NCBI GenBank assembly: GCA_005239725.1
Contig: SBBM01000045.1
Coordinates: forward strand, 33,724 to 97,723
Direction: 5' to 3'
Length of the DNA: 64,000 nucleotides
Source: Planctomycetales bacterium
Lineage (GTDB): Bacteria > Omnitrophota > Gorgyraeia > Gygaellales > Profunditerraquicolaceae
This document shows positions 1-9,773 of the stretch, one piece after another. Under the pieces are notes generated by a model that saw only the letters and a program-made list of their open reading frames with translations, searched no databases and was not told where the DNA came from. How positions within the stretch are numbered: the stretch's first letter is position 1; each line of letters opens with the position of its first letter. The position numbers were made by a program, and so were the translations under genes.

Positions 1-1392
1 TGCCCATATCATATAGTCCGTACCTGGCAGCACCTGGGGTTGTCCATGATCCAGTGGATACCGCTATATTTGCTCGGATTGGTCAGGATAAAAGATAAAC
101 CGGGATTTAAAAACACATTATTTGCGGCCATGGCATTGTTTCTGGTTTTTTCGTTCGATCTCTATTATGTATATTTTATGTTTATAGTTACGGTATTATT
201 TTTTGCATTTTTATTTCTCTTCGCCTGGAAGAAAAAGATAAAGGCGCCAGTTCTGTTCAAAAATGATTGGGAAGCCGCCCAAAAGATAATCCTTTGCGGA
301 TTTATAGTTTTTTTGTTTGTTTCGCCGACGATATATTCGACTGTTATGAGCAGCCGGAATTATAGCCGGATGCCGGCCTCCGCGCATAATCCCTATCTCA
401 GACCATTTGAAGATTTATTTGCGCAGTCAGCCAAGCCGTTGGGATATCTTTTGCCTGCAAGCACGCATCCTGTTCTGGGGGCGTTGGCCGAAGGTTTTGT
501 GGGTTCGAGTTGGTACGGAGAAAGCTTTACGGAACATACGCTTTATTTGGGATGGGTTCCGTTGATACTGGCGTTTATGGCATTGCGCAGATGGCGGGCA
601 GGGCGCAAAGAAAAACAGGGACAGCCCCATTTGGAGACAGTCCCTGCCAATGAAGATTTTTATATCGGTTTTTTTCTATCCCTGGCGGTTGTTGCCTGGT
701 TATTTTCCCAGCCGCCCTGGTGGAATATTTTCGGATTTAAGTTATATATGCCCTCGTTTTTTATGTATAAAATCCTGCCGATGTATCGTGCGTATTGCCG
801 CTTTGGAATTGTGGTAATGCTGGCAATCGCGGTTTTAGCCGGTTTCGGATTAAAGTTTTTTCTGGAACGGTTTAAATCCCGGAAAGCCGGGAATGCGGTT
901 TTTGCCTTATTTTGCGGCTTGGTTTTGTTTGAATTCTGGAATTATCCCTCTTTTAAAGTAATTGATGTCTCAAAAGTCCCGGCAGTTTATTATTGGCTTA
1001 AAAATGAGCCGCATGATACGATTATAGCTGAATATCCGCTGGACATAGACGGTGCCAATGAATTATATAAATTCTATCAGACTGTACATGAAAAGCCGAT
1101 GATTAACGGCACCATCCCGGGGACTGACGCGAACATTTTTGCAAATAGGCTCACTGATTTATCAGACCTAAATACTGCCGTAGTCTTAAACCGCATCGGC
1201 GTAAAATATGCCCTGGTGCACAGGCAGGCCTATTTAGATACGGAGTTGACTCGGGATAAGGAAGAGTTGGATAAAATTCCCCAAAATTCCGGCCTTAAAC
1301 TTGTCCGCAGTTTTCCAGCGGAAACATGTCCGGATGAGAATATAATATGTACACAGCGGACCGGGCCTATTGATGTGTATCAAGTAAAGTAG
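1..1392 (+). CDS. Multi-pass membrane protein, YfhO/GT-C glycosyltransferase-like (5' truncated by window edge)
   Basis: Frame is open from position 1. Many hydrophobic segments followed by a soluble C-terminal domain (AEYPLD...YQTVHEKPMING). Lies in a glycosylation locus. Confidence 0.55.
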   Translation, partial: CPYHIVRTWQHLGLSMIQWIPLYLLGLVRIKDKPGFKNTLFAAMALFLVFSFDLYYVYFMFIVTVLFFAFLFLFAWKKKIKAPVLFKNDWEAAQKIILCGFIVFLFVSPTIYSTVMSSRNYSRMPASAHNPYLRPFEDLFAQSAKPLGYLLPASTHPVLGALAEGFVGSSWYGESFTEHTLYLGWVPLILAFMALRRWRAGRKEKQGQPHLETVPANEDFYIGFFLSLAVVAWLFSQPPWWNIFGFKLYMPSFFMYKILPMYRAYCRFGIVVMLAIAVLAGFGLKFFLERFKSRKAGNAVFALFCGLVLFEFWNYPSFKVIDVSKVPAVYYWLKNEPHDTIIAEYPLDIDGANELYKFYQTVHEKPMINGTIPGTDANIFANRLTDLSDLNTAVVLNRIGVKYALVHRQAYLDTELTRDKEELDKIPQNSGLKLVRSFPAETCPDENIICTQRTGPIDVYQVK

Positions 1393-1405
1393 CATATAAA
1401 CCTAC

Positions 1406-1454
1406 TTGACAACCCGGATATTTGCAAATACAATAAATTAACATATTTGTTAAT
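1406..1454 (+). promoter_or_regulatory. Sigma70 promoter plus inverted-repeat operator of the abiE pair
   Basis: TTGACA (1406-1411), 17 bp spacer, TACAAT (1429-1434). ATTAACA-N4-TGTTAAT dyad at 1437-1454. Confidence 0.7.
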
Positions 1455-1469
1455 CTATTGTTCTTAATA

Positions 1470-2063
1470 ATGGACTACTTAAAAGTTAAAAAAATCAATC
1501 AGCTGTATTTTGGATACGAGGATGTGGCTAAGGCCCTCCGGGTCACTCTGGATTCGGCAAAGGTAACCTGTTCCCGGCTGGTTGTTAAGGGCATTCTTGC
1601 CAGGCTCAAGCGGAATATTTATATCCTCAAGGATAAGTTGGATAATTTAAATACCGAGGATAAATTTATTCTGGCCAATATCATACAGACGCCGTCATAT
1701 GTTTCGTTGATGACCGCATTGGATTATTACGGCATAACTACCCAGATGCAGCGTAATTTCGTCGAATCAATAGGAATATTGCGGACCAAAGAATTGAACA
1801 TTCATGGATTTGGCCTGAAGTATAGCAAGGTGCAAAAATCCCTTTATTTTGGTTTTAGAAAAGAAGGGGAGTTTTTTATTGCGGCTCCGGAAAAGGCCTT
1901 TCTGGATGCCCTTTATCTTATGTCACTTAAGCGCTATCGCTTTGATTTGACTTCGATTAATTTTGACCGGCTTGATTCCCGGGAAATCAGGAGAATCTTT
2001 GAATTTTACCCCCGAAGAACACAAAACCTGATGGATAAATATGGATATTTTAAAGGCGCATGA
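1470..2063 (+). CDS. Type IV toxin-antitoxin antitoxin, AbiEi family
   Basis: N-terminal wHTH-like region (RLKRNIY), PSYVSLMTALDYYG and APEKAFLDALY motifs. Overlaps the downstream nucleotidyltransferase gene. Confidence 0.85.
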   Translation: MDYLKVKKINQLYFGYEDVAKALRVTLDSAKVTCSRLVVKGILARLKRNIYILKDKLDNLNTEDKFILANIIQTPSYVSLMTALDYYGITTQMQRNFVESIGILRTKELNIHGFGLKYSKVQKSLYFGFRKEGEFFIAAPEKAFLDALYLMSLKRYRFDLTSINFDRLDSREIRRIFEFYPRRTQNLMDKYGYFKGA

Positions 2064-2715
2064 GATATTTGAAATAGAGATTTTGGAGAAGCTTAAAAAT
2101 AAAAAATTTTTAAGCCCGCTTGTATTTACAGGCGGAACAATGCTGCGTTTATGTTATGGCCTTAACCGCTATTCAACGGATTTGGATTTTTGGTTTATCC
2201 GGAAAGTGGAAGAAAACGAATATTCCCGGAAATTAAAGGAATACCTGTCTAGATTCTACGAGATAACCGATGCGCAGAGCAAGCTCAGCACAATCCTGCT
2301 TGAGATGCGTTTACCTGGCTACCCCAAGAGGTTGAAGATTGAAATCGGGAAAAAAATAAAAAGGTGCGATTTTCAGGAAAGGATAGCCTTTTCGAAATTT
2401 ACCACAAAACAGGTTATCCTGCGGGTGCATACCCTTGAACAATCAATGAAGAATAAATTGGACGCAGCTTTAAGCAGGAAGGACATAAGGGACTTTTTTG
2501 ACATGGAATTTATGCTCCGCAGGGGCATTGAAATCCCTGTTAATAAAAATTCCGCCTCGGAGTTAAAAAAGATTATTGGCAGTTTTAAGCCGAATGATTT
2601 CAAGGTTTCGCTGGGTTCGCTTTTAGACAGCGGCGAACGGGAGTATTATATAAAAAATAAATTTGAATATTTATTGGAAAAATTAAGCGCCGGCTCAATT
2701 CCCGGAGAATTATGA
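2041..2715 (+). CDS. Type IV TA toxin, AbiEii/AbiGii nucleotidyltransferase
   Basis: FTGGTMLRLCYGLNRYSTDLDF and KLDAALSRKDIRDFFD motifs. Confidence 0.9.
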   Translation: MDILKAHEIFEIEILEKLKNKKFLSPLVFTGGTMLRLCYGLNRYSTDLDFWFIRKVEENEYSRKLKEYLSRFYEITDAQSKLSTILLEMRLPGYPKRLKIEIGKKIKRCDFQERIAFSKFTTKQVILRVHTLEQSMKNKLDAALSRKDIRDFFDMEFMLRRGIEIPVNKNSASELKKIIGSFKPNDFKVSLGSLLDSGEREYYIKNKFEYLLEKLSAGSIPGEL

Positions 2716-3866
2716 GGGTTTACAGATTATCGCTCATCCTGTGCATATCGTGGTTTATTTTTTTATGCCTGCTGCATTATCTTTCGGCAAGGCCGCTCTG
2801 GCTTGATGAGGCTTTTGTGCTGGGGAATATGCAGAACCTCGGGTTTAGAGAAATGTTAAGCCGGCCGCTGGGCAATGGCCAGGCATTCCCCAGGTTTTAT
2901 CTTATCGCGGTTAAACTATTTTCCGGAAATTTTACTTGCCATGTGCTTTTTTTGCGTTTCCTTCCCTTAGCGGCGATGTTATCGGCGTTTTTTGTTTGGG
3001 GAAGGGTATATAGATACAGATTTGGCGACAAATGGGTTTTTTTGCTCGGCCTTTACGCCTGGGCCTCAAGCTATTATTTCAGCTATTACGCCGCGGAATT
3101 GAAGCAATATTCAATGGATGTGCTGGTTGTGGGTATTTTTGTCTGGTTTATTTTACATCAAGGTAGGATTGAAGACAAACAGCCGGGGAAAATTTTTATT
3201 GCCTGTGCAATATTTCTGCCGTTCATTATTCTCTTGTCCTATGCCGGTGTTTTTATTTTTTGGGTAGCCGCATATAATTTCCTGATGATTTCCAGAAAAA
3301 ACAAAACGGTTTTTCCGTTATTTTTGGTATACACCTTTAATTGCCTTTTTGCGGCCGTTCTTATGTACCGTTTTGACATAATATATGCCTTTAAGCAGCA
3401 GGGATTATTTATCTACTGGAAGGACTATTTCTTGTGTAGGGATTCATTTTACTGTTTTTTTAAATCTTTCGGTGAAGGGGTAGAGCGGCTCGGGACGTGG
3501 TGGTTCACAGCTAACCCGATTTTAAAGAAAATAGCCAATCTTTTTATTCCGTTTTTTATCTGCCCGCTTTTTGGCCTTGGTATTGCCTCTCTGAGAAAAA
3601 ACCGCTCTAAGATTGACGATATGGAATCAGTGGGCCTGTTGATGTTTGCGCAACTATTTATATTGGGAATTTTAAAAATTTATCCTTTTACCGGGGAACG
3701 GATAACTCTTTTCCTGGCGCCTTTTGTCATTTTTACGGTAATAAAGGGCATAGATTATTTTAAGAAGCCAAATTTTGTGAATCTTGCCCTGCGGAGTATC
3801 TTTTTTGCATTTTTTCTTATGTGTGGCCTGGATTCGCTGTTGCGTTACCTGAAACTCTATCGCTAA
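2712..3866 (+). CDS. GT-C/GT39-like membrane glycosyltransferase
   Basis: RPLWLDE after TM1, YAAELKQYSMD motif, multi-TM. Confidence 0.65.
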   Translation: MRVYRLSLILCISWFIFLCLLHYLSARPLWLDEAFVLGNMQNLGFREMLSRPLGNGQAFPRFYLIAVKLFSGNFTCHVLFLRFLPLAAMLSAFFVWGRVYRYRFGDKWVFLLGLYAWASSYYFSYYAAELKQYSMDVLVVGIFVWFILHQGRIEDKQPGKIFIACAIFLPFIILLSYAGVFIFWVAAYNFLMISRKNKTVFPLFLVYTFNCLFAAVLMYRFDIIYAFKQQGLFIYWKDYFLCRDSFYCFFKSFGEGVERLGTWWFTANPILKKIANLFIPFFICPLFGLGIASLRKNRSKIDDMESVGLLMFAQLFILGILKIYPFTGERITLFLAPFVIFTVIKGIDYFKKPNFVNLALRSIFFAFFLMCGLDSLLRYLKLYR

Positions 3867-3876
3867 GTTTAGAGAT

Positions 3877-5691
3877 ATGAATATACTGGGCATTTCCTGT
3901 TTTTATCATGATAGCGCTGCCTGCCTTGTGCGGGACGGCGAAATCCTTGCCGCGGCGCAAGAAGAGCGATTTACCCGCAAGAAGCACGATTTTAATTTTC
4001 CCATAAATGCGATAAATTACTGCCTTAAAGAAGGGAAAATTGCAGCAGGAGATTTAGGTTTGGTAGTTTTTTACGATAAGCCTTTTATTAAATTTGAAAG
4101 GATATTGGAAACGTATTTGGCGTATGCTCCGTCGGGGATAAGGCAGTTTATTCAGGCAATGCCTTTATGGCTTAAGCAGAAACTCTGGATTCCGGAATTA
4201 ATCCGCAGAGAGTTGGCTTACAATGGAAAGGTTTTGTTCGCTGAACACCACGAGTCGCACGCGGCAAGCGCATTTTACCCCTCTCCGTTTAAAGAAGCGG
4301 CATTTTTGACCATGGACGGCGTAGGCGAATGGGAAACCGCAAGTTTCGGCGTAGGCCGCGGCAATAGTCTTGAACTCCAGTACTATTTAAGGTTTCCTCA
4401 TTCTTTAGGTTTGTTATACTCGGCTTTTACCTATTACGTCGGGTTTAAGGTGAATTCCGGAGAATATAAATTGATGGGTCTTGCTCCTTACGGAGAGCCC
4501 AGATATGCGCATTTGATATTGGATGAGTTGTTGGATTTGAAAGAGGACGGTTCGTTTAAATTGAATATGAAGTATTTCGGGTATTGCAACGGCTTAAGGA
4601 TGACAAATCGGCGTTTTGAAAAGCTCTTTGGCGCTCCAGCGCGCAAACCCGAAACAGAGATAACCCGGAAAGATATGGATATGGCCGCGTCAATCCAGCA
4701 GGTAAGCGAAGAAATAATGCTCAGGATGGCAAGGCATGTGCATAAAATTACAGGGCAGGATAATCTCTGTCTTGCCGGAGGGGTTGCGTTTAATTGCGTG
4801 GGTAACGGCAGGATTTTGCGCCAGGGGCCTTTTAAAAATATCTGGATACAGCCGGCAGCAGGCGATGCGGGCGGAGCTCTGGGGGCTGCGCTTTTGACCT
4901 GGTATAAATATTTGGGGAATAGGCGTGAAGCGGATAATATGAACGATGGACAAAAGGCTTCTTTGCTGGGCCCGGCTTATGCCGATGAGGAGATCAAAAC
5001 TTTTTTAAAGAAAGAAGGCGCGTCTTATAAAAGAATAGCCTATCCTGATATTCCGCAGGCAATTGCGGATTTAATTGATAGAGGCAATGTTATCGGCTGG
5101 TTTCAGGGGCGTATGGAATTCGGGCCTCGGGCATTGGGGGCAAGGAGTATAATCGGGGATGCAAGGGATGTCAGGATGCAATCCCGGATGAACCTGAAAA
5201 TTAAATACCGGGAATCTTTCCGGCCGTTTGCGCCTACGGTTTTGCTGGAGAAGGCATCAGAGTGGTTTGATTTGCCCGTTGAGAGCCCTTACATGCTTTT
5301 GACCGCGCCGGTGAAGGAAGAAAAACGTCTGAAGCCTTCCGCGGAAAAAAGATTGTCCGGGTTCGAAAACTTAAAGGAAAGGCGTTCAGAAATCCCCGCA
5401 GTCACACACGTGGATTATTCGGCGAGGGTGCAGACAATAAAAAGAGATGATAATCCATTGTATTATGATATGATAAGTGCTTATTACAAGAAAACAGGGT
5501 GCCCGGTTATAATAAATACCTCTTTTAACGTAAGGGGGGAGCCATTGGTATGTATGCCCGAGGATGCGTTCCGGTGCTTTATGCGCACTGAAATGGATTA
5601 CCTGATAATGGGTCCTTTCTTATTGGATAAAAGAGAGCAGAAAAAAATAGAAAAGGACATTAAGCGGCAGAAGGAATTTGAGTTGGATTAA
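3877..5691 (+). CDS. O-carbamoyltransferase, NodU/CmcH/SxtI family
   Basis: GISCFYHDSAA, EHHESHAASAF, GEYKLMGLAPYG, EFGPRALGARS and NTSFNVRGEP motifs. Confidence 0.95.
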   Translation: MNILGISCFYHDSAACLVRDGEILAAAQEERFTRKKHDFNFPINAINYCLKEGKIAAGDLGLVVFYDKPFIKFERILETYLAYAPSGIRQFIQAMPLWLKQKLWIPELIRRELAYNGKVLFAEHHESHAASAFYPSPFKEAAFLTMDGVGEWETASFGVGRGNSLELQYYLRFPHSLGLLYSAFTYYVGFKVNSGEYKLMGLAPYGEPRYAHLILDELLDLKEDGSFKLNMKYFGYCNGLRMTNRRFEKLFGAPARKPETEITRKDMDMAASIQQVSEEIMLRMARHVHKITGQDNLCLAGGVAFNCVGNGRILRQGPFKNIWIQPAAGDAGGALGAALLTWYKYLGNRREADNMNDGQKASLLGPAYADEEIKTFLKKEGASYKRIAYPDIPQAIADLIDRGNVIGWFQGRMEFGPRALGARSIIGDARDVRMQSRMNLKIKYRESFRPFAPTVLLEKASEWFDLPVESPYMLLTAPVKEEKRLKPSAEKRLSGFENLKERRSEIPAVTHVDYSARVQTIKRDDNPLYYDMISAYYKKTGCPVIINTSFNVRGEPLVCMPEDAFRCFMRTEMDYLIMGPFLLDKREQKKIEKDIKRQKEFELD

Positions 5692-6093
5692 ATGGTGAAA
5701 TTAGATTTAAGCAGGTATAATCTGAAGAAGTTCGGCATAATGATGGGGATAGCGTTTTTTGCCATAAGCCCAGTCATTCTGTTCCGTCATAAGCATAACC
5801 CGGCGGTAACTTCGGCAATCGCAGCGGTGTTTTTTATTCTATCTTTTGTTTGCCCCCTGTTATTGAAGCCGCTGTATATCGCCTGGATGAAACTGGCTTT
5901 TGTCCTGGGTTGGATAAATACCCGTCTGGTTTTGTTTATTATTTTTTATTTTGTTTTTACTCCTATAGGTTTGATAATGCGATTATTCGGTTCGGATTTG
6001 TTGGATAGGAAGATAGATAAGACTGCGCAGTCATACTGGAGAAAAAGAGAAAATAAGGCTTTTGTCGTGCAGGATTACGAAAGGCAATTTTAA
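5692..6093 (+). CDS. SxtJ family membrane protein
   Basis: LKKFG...WMKLAFVLGWINTR...FTPIG...SYW...RQF. Directly follows the carbamoyltransferase. Confidence 0.85.
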   Translation: MVKLDLSRYNLKKFGIMMGIAFFAISPVILFRHKHNPAVTSAIAAVFFILSFVCPLLLKPLYIAWMKLAFVLGWINTRLVLFIIFYFVFTPIGLIMRLFGSDLLDRKIDKTAQSYWRKRENKAFVVQDYERQF

Positions 6094-6109
6094 GTTATGG
6101 GAGGGCCTC

Positions 6110-6268
6110 GTGGGTAAACTGGGCTTATTGAGGGAATTCTGGGATTTTTTAAAAGTAAGGAAGAAGTGGTGGCTGACCCCGATTGTTGTTATGTTTTTGC
6201 TGCTTGGGTTTTTAATAGTTTTTACCCAGTCATCGGCGGTTGCCCCGTTTATTTATACATTATTTTGA
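6110..6268 (+). CDS. DUF5989/SxtK-like small membrane protein
   Basis: GTG start after GGAGGG. EFWDFLKVRKKWWLTP...APFIYTLF signature. Confidence 0.85.
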   Translation: MGKLGLLREFWDFLKVRKKWWLTPIVVMFLLLGFLIVFTQSSAVAPFIYTLF

Positions 6269-6278
6269 AGGATAAACG

Positions 6279-7037
6279 ATGAAACGGATATTGGCCATAT
6301 TGCTCGCTGGCGTATTAATTGTTGCGGCTATTTTTCAGAGAAACAATAACCCGGATACGGCTGTTTTCGCCTTAGGCAAACAAGCCGGGCCTGAAACAAA
6401 AGAATTGCGCTACAGGGTTTATTTATTCGGGCTTCTGCCTATAGGCAGGGTGGTCTTTGAGCGGGAAAAGGAAGAAATTTATAGCGGGGCAAAGGTTTAT
6501 TACCTGCGGGCAACCGCCGGCACCTCAGATTTTATTTCAAAAATCTTTAGGGCCCGGGCGGCCCTGGATTCTTATGTTGATGCGCAAAATTTTAACCCTG
6601 TATTTTTCCGGCAAAAACTATCGCTTCCCGGTAAACCGGATGCGCTAAAAGAGGCATATTATGACCAGAAAAAGGGCGTCATGTCTATTTCCGGGGTCCA
6701 GCGGCAGATATTACCGAATACCCAGGATCCTCTATCCGTGATATTCAATATCCGACGTATGGATTTTAGTTATTCGCGCGGATTGGAGCTGAACCTGAAC
6801 ACTAACCAGAAAAATTACATTATGAAAGGCGCGGCGCAGCCGGGAGAAATTGTTTCGCATAAAAAGATATACCGTACGGCAGTATTAACAGCGGATATCC
6901 GGCGGAGAGATAAAAACCCTTACCATAAATCAAGCATCAGCGCGCTGTTGCTTAGAGAATACGGAAACACGCCTGTCTTAATTAAAGTTTTCGCCGGCGG
7001 ATTTTTGATAATCGCCAAACTTATCGAGGCAAAATAA
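6279..7037 (+). CDS. DUF3108-like exported protein
   Basis: N-terminal signal/anchor, ELRYRV...G pattern, QDPLS motif, C-terminal PVLIKV. Confidence 0.6.
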   Translation: MKRILAILLAGVLIVAAIFQRNNNPDTAVFALGKQAGPETKELRYRVYLFGLLPIGRVVFEREKEEIYSGAKVYYLRATAGTSDFISKIFRARAALDSYVDAQNFNPVFFRQKLSLPGKPDALKEAYYDQKKGVMSISGVQRQILPNTQDPLSVIFNIRRMDFSYSRGLELNLNTNQKNYIMKGAAQPGEIVSHKKIYRTAVLTADIRRRDKNPYHKSSISALLLREYGNTPVLIKVFAGGFLIIAKLIEAK

Positions 7038-7039
7038 TT

Positions 7040-9073
7040 ATGAATTTATTGGTGTGCTTTTATATGAATTTCATAGTTTTGGCAACCTCATTTATTTTTA
7101 CCTACAGGATATTTGAAGTCAAGCCTTTTAGTGATGGGCTGGTTTCCTGGTTTATTTTTTATTTTGCGCAAATTATATTTACCGAGCTTATATTAGGGAG
7201 CCGCGGGATCCTTTACATATCTAATGTCATATTCTTAAATTCGGCGCTGCTTTGCCTTTTTTGGTTCGTCAGCCGCAAGCGGGAATCATCGTTTGCCGCC
7301 GGCATAAAAAATAAACTGGAGGCCATTTTTAGCAGAAAACCTATATTGCTTACCGCTTGCATAATTTTAGGGTTCGGGCTGGCAAAGATTACGGTTAACT
7401 TATTTAACCCACCCTTTGGCTGGGATGACCTTAACTACCATTTCACCTTTCCTGTCGAGTGGTTAAAGCACGGAAACTTGAATAATCCGATTACAGTCTT
7501 CGATGACCCGGGCCCGACATATTATCCGATAAACGGGAACCTTTATTTTCTTTGGCTGATTTTCCCTTTTAAAAGCGTATTTTTGGCGGATTTAGGACAG
7601 GTCCCGTTTTTTATTCTGGGATTCCTGTCGGTATACTCTCTGTCCAGGAAATTAAATATCACCCAGGAAAATTCTTATCTTGCCGCCGCGCTTTTTACGT
7701 TCATTCCTAATTACTTCAAGCAAACTGAAATTGCCTATGTGGACGTGATGGTCTCCGCGCTATTTTTAGCTTGCGCAAATTTTTTATTTCTGCTGGATAA
7801 AGAATTTACATGGAAAAATGTATTGATTTTTGCTGTTGCGTTAGGTTCAATGCTGGGCATTAAAACCGTGGCCTTGCCTTACAGTGCGTTGTTATTTTTG
7901 CCGTTTATTTATTTGTCCTTCCGGAAGATTAAAAAGTGGCCGTTATTTGCTATATGCATATTTTTTGTCGTGATTTTCGGAGGGTTTAGTTATATCCGAA
8001 ACCTCATGGATACAGGGAACCCGCTCTATCCTCTTGATTTTAACTTATTCGGACGGGCAATTTTTAAAGGCGTGATGAATATGGACACTTACCGCGCGCA
8101 TTTCAAAATTGAAGATTACCGCTTATCCAAATTGCTTTTTCATGAGGGCCTGGGGATTCAATCTGTCGTATTCATATTCCCCGCATTATTTCTGGGCCTG
8201 CCGGTGGCATTAATAAAGAAACGCAAGGAGATAAGTCCGGGCCTGTTTTATTTCCTGGTTTTGCCGTTTTTGATTTATCTGGTTTACCGCTACGTGATTC
8301 CTCTGGCGAACACGCGGTATTTATATTGCCTTTTTGGACTGGGGATGGTTATTGCTTTTTATGTAATTGAGGAGCTAAAAATCCCGCCGCGGATAATAAA
8401 TGTCCTGGTTGCTCTATGTTTTCTGGGCGCGATCGCGGAGATATCCAAGCGCGGAGAGTTAATCTGCTCAATTGCGCTGACAGTCTTGTTGTTTTTTTTA
8501 TTGCCTGTTTTAATCCGGGATGCCAGGTTTTTGCCGCTCATTTTCGTTTCGTCACTCTGTTTTTTGCTATTTGCCGAGAGGTATTATGCAAAATATGAAT
8601 ACCCCCGGTATATAACAATGGTAGAATACTCAGGATTTTGGCCGGATGCCGCAAAGGCCTGGGAGTGGCTAAATAAAAATACCAAAGGGGATAATATTGC
8701 TTACGCCGGCAGGCCGGTGCCGTTCCCTTTATACGGAAGTAATTTTAAGAATAATGTCTATTATATTTCCGTGAATAAAACCGAACCGGCAAAGCTGCAT
8801 TATTTTTCTGGTTCCCGCTATGAATGGGGCTATGATTTTTTAAGCTTGCATAAAAATCTAGAAGCAGAAGGTAATTACCGCTGGGGCGCGGATTATTCCC
8901 TCTGGCTGGGTAACATTTTGAAGCGAAACACCGGCTATCTATTTGTATATTCGCTCCACCAGACTGAGGATATTGAATTTCCCATTGAAGATAAATGGGC
9001 TAAAGCAAATCCGGATAGATTTAGTTCCGTATTCGCGAATGAAACCGTGCATATATACGAGGTGATAAAATGA
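7040..9073 (+). CDS. Large GT-C-like membrane glycosyltransferase
   Basis: WDDLNYH, YVD, GNPLYP and RY motifs, many TMs, soluble C-terminal domain. Confidence 0.6.
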   Translation: MNLLVCFYMNFIVLATSFIFTYRIFEVKPFSDGLVSWFIFYFAQIIFTELILGSRGILYISNVIFLNSALLCLFWFVSRKRESSFAAGIKNKLEAIFSRKPILLTACIILGFGLAKITVNLFNPPFGWDDLNYHFTFPVEWLKHGNLNNPITVFDDPGPTYYPINGNLYFLWLIFPFKSVFLADLGQVPFFILGFLSVYSLSRKLNITQENSYLAAALFTFIPNYFKQTEIAYVDVMVSALFLACANFLFLLDKEFTWKNVLIFAVALGSMLGIKTVALPYSALLFLPFIYLSFRKIKKWPLFAICIFFVVIFGGFSYIRNLMDTGNPLYPLDFNLFGRAIFKGVMNMDTYRAHFKIEDYRLSKLLFHEGLGIQSVVFIFPALFLGLPVALIKKRKEISPGLFYFLVLPFLIYLVYRYVIPLANTRYLYCLFGLGMVIAFYVIEELKIPPRIINVLVALCFLGAIAEISKRGELICSIALTVLLFFLLPVLIRDARFLPLIFVSSLCFLLFAERYYAKYEYPRYITMVEYSGFWPDAAKAWEWLNKNTKGDNIAYAGRPVPFPLYGSNFKNNVYYISVNKTEPAKLHYFSGSRYEWGYDFLSLHKNLEAEGNYRWGADYSLWLGNILKRNTGYLFVYSLHQTEDIEFPIEDKWAKANPDRFSSVFANETVHIYEVIK

Positions 9074-9768
9074 AATTATCTCTTATCGTCCCGGCGTACA
9101 ATGAAGCGGAAAACATCGTTGATGTTTTAAAGACCATAGAAAAAACTCTTGATATGGATCATGAGGTTGTAGTGGTCAACGACCACTCTTCCGATGCCAC
9201 CGCAGAACTAGTAGGCAAGCTTTCTGCTGAATACGGCAATATCCGCTTGGTTGAAAATGCCGATGATAAGGGTTTTGCCAATGCCCTGAAGACAGGCTTC
9301 AGGAATTCTTACGCGGATATTGTTATTCCTGTTATGGGAGACCTTTGTGACGACTTGTCTACGATACCGAAGATGCTTGAAAAGATTAAGGAGGGATACG
9401 ATGTTGCCTGCGGCTCCCGCTATATATCCGGCGGCGCCAGGCTCGGCGGGCCCAGGGTTAAAGGGATATTATCCCGTTTTTCCGGAGCGTCGCTGCATTA
9501 TTTATTCGGAATCCCTCTTAGCGATATGCCTAATTCATTTAAGATGTACCGCCGGAAAGTAATCGAATCCGTAGATATAAAAGCAAAGAGTTTTGAGATA
9601 TCAATGGAAATATTGCTAAAGGCGCATTTCGCCGGCTTTAAAATAGCGGAAGTGCCTACGGTATGGAAGGAAAGGACTAAGGGTAAGTCTAGTTTTAAGG
9701 TATTGAAACTGTTGCCGGGTTATCTTAAATTATACGCCTGGGCCATATTCAAAAAATTTGGAGGATAA
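9070..9768 (+). CDS. GT2 polyprenol-phosphate glycosyltransferase (DPM1-like)
   Basis: VPAYNE, VNDHSSD, GSRY and EVPTVWKERTKGKS motifs. Confidence 0.85.
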   Translation: MKLSLIVPAYNEAENIVDVLKTIEKTLDMDHEVVVVNDHSSDATAELVGKLSAEYGNIRLVENADDKGFANALKTGFRNSYADIVIPVMGDLCDDLSTIPKMLEKIKEGYDVACGSRYISGGARLGGPRVKGILSRFSGASLHYLFGIPLSDMPNSFKMYRRKVIESVDIKAKSFEISMEILLKAHFAGFKIAEVPTVWKERTKGKSSFKVLKLLPGYLKLYAWAIFKKFGG

Positions 9769-9773
9769 GAGGC

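Noticed and set aside
3877-6268. Saxitoxin biosynthesis (sxtIJK homologs)
   Set aside because: No sxtA or other sxt genes, and the context is surface glycan synthesis.
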